DNA from: Bacteroidales bacterium
Lineage (GTDB): Bacteria; Bacteroidota; Bacteroidia; Bacteroidales; UBA4417
DNA length: 64,000 bases
Reading direction: 5' to 3'
Assembly (NCBI GenBank): GCA_030654075.1
Contig: JAURYB010000078.1
Span: forward strand, 12,918-76,917
The notes beneath the pieces were generated by a model. The model was not told the DNA's origin. It saw only the letters and a list, made by a program, of their open reading frames with translations, and did no database searches. Numbering within the stretch: position 1 is the first letter of the stretch; each line of letters begins with the position of its first letter. This document shows positions 59,227 to 64,000 of this stretch, piece after piece. Made by a program: the position numbers and the translations under genes.

Positions 59227-60468
59227 ATGAAAAAAACAATTCTTACCCTTTTTATATCGTGTGTGATTGCAATTACAATACATGCTCAGTCCGTATCCAA
59301 AAACGAACTGTTGGCGGGTATCCGGTCGGGGAGTAACTACATGGTGAAGTCAATGCTCGATAGTGAGGGGAAATCGCGTTGTGATTATAATATAATGACT
59401 TCACACTGGGAGCCCTACGAAGAGCCCTGGCATACCGGGCAAGCAATTAATGCTCTGATAGACAGCTACCTGATAACCGGTGAAAAGAAATTTCTGAAAC
59501 AAGCAATTCAATCGGGAAACTGGTGGATTTCGCTGGAAATTAAAGATCATCCAAAACTGAAAGGCATGATTAAATCCATACATGGCGCTGAGATGGGCGA
59601 AACCATCGTATATGCCACCACCACCGATGGAACAGCCGGGTTATTCAGACTGGCAACTGCTACGGGCAACAAAAAATATGCTGAGGTTGCAACAAATGCC
59701 GGCGAGTGGCTATACAAAAATACGTTTGATTCAGTAAGCGGTTTGAGTTACGATTGTATTGACCCTGTATCAGGTGAAGTGCAAAAGACCTGGAGCCGGT
59801 TTTGGCCAGATAGGGAGGTCCAGGTTCTTAACGATGTGGCGCGCCCCAATGCCGAGGGTTCGTTGTTCCTGGATATGTATCGGTTTACCGGCAAAGAAAT
59901 CTACAAACAGTGGTTTATTAGTCAGTGTGATGTAATGGTAAAAACGCAGGATGAAAATGGGTTGTGGATGAGTTTTACGCCTAACGATATGCTGGAACAA
60001 TCCATTCATCCGCGATACAACCTTTGGAATGCGGAAGCGCTGATGAACGGATTTGATATTACCGGCGATAAAAAATACCTGGAAGCCGCTTTGAAGACTG
60101 CCCGTTACCACCAAAAAATGCAGCAGAAAAGCGGCACCATTTATTACCGGAACTATATTAACGGTCGTGCGCCCGACACCGAATCGGTTACCGGCTCAGC
60201 AGTTTCGTTCGCAGGAATTTTATGGCTTCGCTTACTGAAAGCCGGTGTAGGTAAAGAGTTTGAAAAAAATATAGAAACTTCGGTTAAATGGGTTTTAACA
60301 AACCGTTTTTCAGAAGAAAACATTGATCCTAACCTCAGGGGCGCATTTATAGATATCCGCATGAAGGACAACAAGGGTGTAAGATGGCTTGCAAATCGCG
60401 ACCTGGGGACAATTTTCGGCGTACGATTTCTCTCTGATTATTACAACTATTATTACTCAAAGAACTAA
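59227..60468 (+). CDS. Secreted (alpha/alpha)6-barrel-like protein, six-hairpin glycosidase superfamily candidate
   Basis: Four helical-hairpin repeats ITGEKKFL, ATGNKKYA, FTGKEIYK, ITGDKKYL; signal peptide. Confidence 0.6.
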   Translation: MKKTILTLFISCVIAITIHAQSVSKNELLAGIRSGSNYMVKSMLDSEGKSRCDYNIMTSHWEPYEEPWHTGQAINALIDSYLITGEKKFLKQAIQSGNWWISLEIKDHPKLKGMIKSIHGAEMGETIVYATTTDGTAGLFRLATATGNKKYAEVATNAGEWLYKNTFDSVSGLSYDCIDPVSGEVQKTWSRFWPDREVQVLNDVARPNAEGSLFLDMYRFTGKEIYKQWFISQCDVMVKTQDENGLWMSFTPNDMLEQSIHPRYNLWNAEALMNGFDITGDKKYLEAALKTARYHQKMQQKSGTIYYRNYINGRAPDTESVTGSAVSFAGILWLRLLKAGVGKEFEKNIETSVKWVLTNRFSEENIDPNLRGAFIDIRMKDNKGVRWLANRDLGTIFGVRFLSDYYNYYYSKN

Positions 60469-60471
60469 AAA

Positions 60472-61218
60472 ATGAAAATCGATAATTTAGAAATATTTGT
60501 TGCTGACACCCGCCAGGAAATGGGAGAAATGGCTGCTCTTGCATTTGAAAATGAAGCAATGAAGCTGTTGAAAAAAGACGAATTTCTCAGAATTGTATTT
60601 GCCTCTGCACCTTCGCAGGTTGAATTTTTACAGGCATTATTGGAGGATAATGTTTTGGCCTGGGATAAAATAGAAGCCTTTCACATGGACGAATACATGG
60701 GGCTAAGTCCTGCATCGCCTCAAAGCTTTGCGTACTTTATTGAGCAGACTTTATTATCGAAAAGAAATTTTTTGTCGAAAAACTTTATTGATGGCAGTAT
60801 AGATGTGCAGACTATGATTCGCAATTACACTGCTCTTCTTAGCTCGAAACCGATAAGTCTGGTAGGAATGGGTATTGGCGAAAATGGGCACATAGCGTTC
60901 AACGATCCGCCCGTGGCCGATTTTAATGATAAAGCCTGGATAAAAGCAGTTGTACTGGATGAAAAATGCAGAATACAACAGGTTAACGACGGATGTTTCG
61001 CGTCTCTTGATTTAGTGCCAAAAACAGCATTAACGCTTACCGTTCCGGCGCTGTTCAGCGCTCAGAGCCTGATTTGTGTTGTCCCGGGCAAACTGAAAGC
61101 GGAGGCAGTCCGGAATACCTTGTTTGGCGAAATTTCCGAAAAATGCCCGGCATCCATTCTTCGCACGCATCCAAATGCAAAATTGTTCCTCGATAAGGAC
61201 TCAGCTATGTATCTGTAA
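60472..61218 (+). CDS. Glucosamine/galactosamine-6-phosphate deaminase-isomerase family (NagB-like)
   Basis: FASAPSQ, FHMDEY, GIGENGHIAFNDPP, CPASILRTH. Confidence 0.85.
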   Translation: MKIDNLEIFVADTRQEMGEMAALAFENEAMKLLKKDEFLRIVFASAPSQVEFLQALLEDNVLAWDKIEAFHMDEYMGLSPASPQSFAYFIEQTLLSKRNFLSKNFIDGSIDVQTMIRNYTALLSSKPISLVGMGIGENGHIAFNDPPVADFNDKAWIKAVVLDEKCRIQQVNDGCFASLDLVPKTALTLTVPALFSAQSLICVVPGKLKAEAVRNTLFGEISEKCPASILRTHPNAKLFLDKDSAMYL

Positions 61219-61244
61219 ATAAAAAGTACTCCAAAGTGAATAAA

Positions 61245-63344
61245 ATGTCCAGAATAAAAATCAAACTATTGTTGTTAATGTTGCTTTCTGTGTTTTTGGT
61301 AAAAGCGCAGGATATACCTTCATTATCAGTATATTGTGTTCAGGAAGAGGCGAATGTCCGAAAGCTTTTTGATAATTTAAATCTCGACGGTAATGGTCTT
61401 GAAGAGGTTAAGACCCTGTATGCAAACAACAAACTGGAAGCAGCCTGTATTTCCCTGTTAAGCTATTACGAACGAAATGACAGGACAGCGTTTTTTGATA
61501 AAAACAACGATGATAATGAGTTGCTTTCAATTGTATCCTATTCTGAAGAATATAATGGTTTACTCAATGACACATTTGTTCTGCAATCGGTTAAAGGGAA
61601 ACAGCTTCGGTTGGAAAACGGGTTTATCGACTGGAAATACTTAGGCCCGAATCAGGACATTGAATGGGGGTATTTTATGAACCGCCATTATTTTTTCGAC
61701 GATTTATATGAAGCCTGGCGCAAAACGGGTGATAAGGCTTATGCTTTAAAATTCAACGATTTAGTGTACGACTGGATCGTTTCAAATCCTGTACCTCAAA
61801 AAGAAGATAAAGGCGTGGTATGGCGTGCCCTCGAGGCAGGGAAAAGAGCAACTGTCTGGCCACAGGTATTCCAGAAATTCCAGAAATCAAAAGATTTTTC
61901 GCCTACCGTACGAATAATGATGCTGCTTGGCATTTATGAGCATTGCGATTACCTGCAGAAATTTCACCGTACGCATCACAATCATGCCATTATGGAGTAT
62001 TACGGAATAGCTTCATCTGCAATAACATTTCCTGAATTTAAAAAGTCGGAAGAATGGCTGCAATACATTGACCTGAAAATGAGAGACGAAGCGGATTACC
62101 AGCTTTATCCGGATGGTGCTCAGAAAGAATTGACAGCCTATTATCACCATATAGTAATTAAAAATCTTGAACGCTATGTGGCCATTCACAAAGCCGCCAA
62201 CAAATCTTTGCCTTTTGTTGAGAATATGTTGAGTAGCATGTACAACTATATTGCTTATTCGTCGACACCTCAGAACACGATTCCTCAGAACAACGATGGC
62301 GACAAAATCAGCTCAGCCGAAATTATTGGCTGGAGCAAAAGCGTTTTTAACCGGCCCGATTGGGATTTTATTGTCTCAAATGGCAAAAGCGGAACGGAGC
62401 CTAAAGATAAGAGCATTTTGTTTCCGTATGCCGGACAAATGGTTATGCGAAACGGTTATCAGGCAGAATCACAATACTTGTTTTTTGATATTGGCCCGTG
62501 GGGAATAGCGCATCAGCACAACGATAAACTGCACTTTTCAATTTCGGCATATGGCCGCGAAATAATGCCAGATGCAGGACGGCTTTATTACAAGGACGAC
62601 GAATGGCGCAACTACTTTAACCTTTCAGCTTCGCACAATGTAATTTTAGTAGATGGGAAAGGACAAAACAGGGATGTGAAAAGCGTAAATGAACCAATCA
62701 ACCCTAAAAATTATTGCATAAGTCCGAAAGTGGATTTCGCTGTAGGTCAATTCGATAAAGGCTTTGGCGATTTATGGAAGTCAAATAACGCAACTGTAAG
62801 CGATTCAATTCCAGGTAAACATACACGGGCAATTATCTATATAAAAGATAAATACTGGCTTATTCTGGATAAAATGGAACTTGATAAAGCCCGGGAAATT
62901 TCGCCGTTATTTCACTTTTCACCTGGATGCACAGTATCAGTAAAAGACGGTAAAATTGAAACAACCGATAAATTAAAAGGTAATATTCTGATACTTCCGG
63001 TTTCAAAAATCAAATGGAAAACGGAACTGATACGCGGAAAATCAGAGCCCGGAATACAGGGCTGGTATAGCGAAGAATATAATAAGAAAGTGGAAAGTAC
63101 TTGTGCAAAGTACAGTTATCAAACTGAGTCAAATTCAAATGTTTTTGGTTGGCTGATAGTCCCTTTCAACTGTGATGAGAAACCACGGGTAACTTTCAAA
63201 ATAAGTAAAATGAGCAGCGATAAAATTTTAATTAAAGTGAGTTACAATGGCGAAACCGAATTAATTTCTTACAGTTTCAATGAGCATGAAAATGGGAAAA
63301 GTTTGTCGGTAGTTTTCGATGGTAAAACAAAGTTTGAGTATTAA
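61245..63344 (+). CDS. Heparinase II/III-family polysaccharide lyase (PL12-like)
   Basis: WRALEAGKR, NHAIME, PDGAQKELTAYYH, HQHNDKL, DAG, ASHNVILVDG. Confidence 0.82.
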   Translation: MSRIKIKLLLLMLLSVFLVKAQDIPSLSVYCVQEEANVRKLFDNLNLDGNGLEEVKTLYANNKLEAACISLLSYYERNDRTAFFDKNNDDNELLSIVSYSEEYNGLLNDTFVLQSVKGKQLRLENGFIDWKYLGPNQDIEWGYFMNRHYFFDDLYEAWRKTGDKAYALKFNDLVYDWIVSNPVPQKEDKGVVWRALEAGKRATVWPQVFQKFQKSKDFSPTVRIMMLLGIYEHCDYLQKFHRTHHNHAIMEYYGIASSAITFPEFKKSEEWLQYIDLKMRDEADYQLYPDGAQKELTAYYHHIVIKNLERYVAIHKAANKSLPFVENMLSSMYNYIAYSSTPQNTIPQNNDGDKISSAEIIGWSKSVFNRPDWDFIVSNGKSGTEPKDKSILFPYAGQMVMRNGYQAESQYLFFDIGPWGIAHQHNDKLHFSISAYGREIMPDAGRLYYKDDEWRNYFNLSASHNVILVDGKGQNRDVKSVNEPINPKNYCISPKVDFAVGQFDKGFGDLWKSNNATVSDSIPGKHTRAIIYIKDKYWLILDKMELDKAREISPLFHFSPGCTVSVKDGKIETTDKLKGNILILPVSKIKWKTELIRGKSEPGIQGWYSEEYNKKVESTCAKYSYQTESNSNVFGWLIVPFNCDEKPRVTFKISKMSSDKILIKVSYNGETELISYSFNEHENGKSLSVVFDGKTKFEY

Positions 63345-63359
63345 ATAATCCGACAGAAT

Positions 63360-64000
63360 ATGAACCAGTCAGCAAAAATAATATCCGTTATTCTGCTTAT
63401 TATGTCTTTTTTATCCTGCAAATCAATAGCAGAACAAAAGCAGGATGAAGTAAAACAAATCTGTGACAAGGTTGCGCAGTGGCAAATTAAAAATCAGCCT
63501 AATGTAATTCATAACGATCTGGACTGGACTAACGGTGCCTGGTATAAAGGATTGGTTGAATGGGCAAAACTTACGAATAATAAATCATATTTTGATTTCT
63601 TAATCCACCAGGGTGAGAAAAACAACTGGAATGTGTACGACAGGATTTATCATGCTGATGATATTTGTGTAGCGCAAATGTACATTGAACTTTACAAAAA
63701 GTATGGTGGTGACGAACGGCTCAAACCAACCATCGAACGCATGAATTTCATTGTGGCAAATCCATCGCAGGCTCCACTGCAAAAAACAGATTGCAAAGGC
63801 AAAGACGAACGTTGGTCGTGGAGTGACGCGCTTTTTATGGCTCCTCCGGTTTATGCGGCAATGTACAAATTAACGGGTAATGTTGAATATCTGAATTACA
63901 TGGAATCGGAGTTTAAGCTTTGTACCGATTCATTATATGACAAAACTGAAAAACTGTATTACCGTGACAATGCCCGGATACCATTGGTTGAAGCTAATGG
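63360..64000 (+). CDS. GH105/GH88 unsaturated uronyl hydrolase lipoprotein (partial, runs off the window)
   Basis: Absent from the ORF track. Manual translation MNQSAKIISVILLIMSFLSCK..DWTNGAWY..HADDICV..WSWSDALFMAPP..LYYRD. Confidence 0.85.
   Translation, partial: MNQSAKIISVILLIMSFLSCKSIAEQKQDEVKQICDKVAQWQIKNQPNVIHNDLDWTNGAWYKGLVEWAKLTNNKSYFDFLIHQGEKNNWNVYDRIYHADDICVAQMYIELYKKYGGDERLKPTIERMNFIVANPSQAPLQKTDCKGKDERWSWSDALFMAPPVYAAMYKLTGNVEYLNYMESEFKLCTDSLYDKTEKLYYRDNARIPLVEAN

Noticed and set aside
1193-63782. The many 60-175 aa ORFs overlapping the long genes (e.g. 7869-8396, 25695-26165, 40885-41370, 55499-55891)
   Set aside because: Antisense or alternate-frame shadows of well-supported CDSs with no recognisable motifs. 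The repeated ones at 55-59 kb only mirror the tandem repeat.

Overview
AT-rich Bacteroidota DNA (TAnnTTTG promoters, SusC/SusD, T9SS sorting domains, hybrid two-component sensor) devoted almost entirely to uronic-acid glycan use. It has three blocks. (1) About 0.1-23.3 kb: a pectin PUL with two GH28, DUF4861, HTCS, GH105, SusC/SusD, CE8, GH43, an ExuT-type MFS and a secreted PL9-like lyase. (2) About 24.4-42.5 kb: sugar-acid catabolism, with LacI, a UxuB-like reductase, a divergent PfkB kinase, a LarA-superfamily epimerase, PdxB, Gnd, a BNR/GH105/DUF4861 fusion, DUF1080, a Gfo/Idh/MocA oxidoreductase, KdgK, then a GntP permease and glycerate kinase. (3) About 43-64 kb: an atypical SusD-less locus with two secreted metallophosphoesterases, GH28, a non-SusC TonB receptor followed by a T9SS beta-helix protein, a second ExuT, a 3x1134-bp repeat protein, two uncharacterised helical-barrel proteins, a NagB-like enzyme, a heparinase II/III-like lyase and a truncated GH105. 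The most notable items are a probable mannonate->gluconate->6-phosphogluconate shunt, the SusD-less locus, and six intergenic inverted-repeat modules with different units, four of which fill consecutive gaps of one operon. All family calls are motif recognition by eye; no database search was run. I saw no rRNA, tRNA, CRISPR array or transposase.
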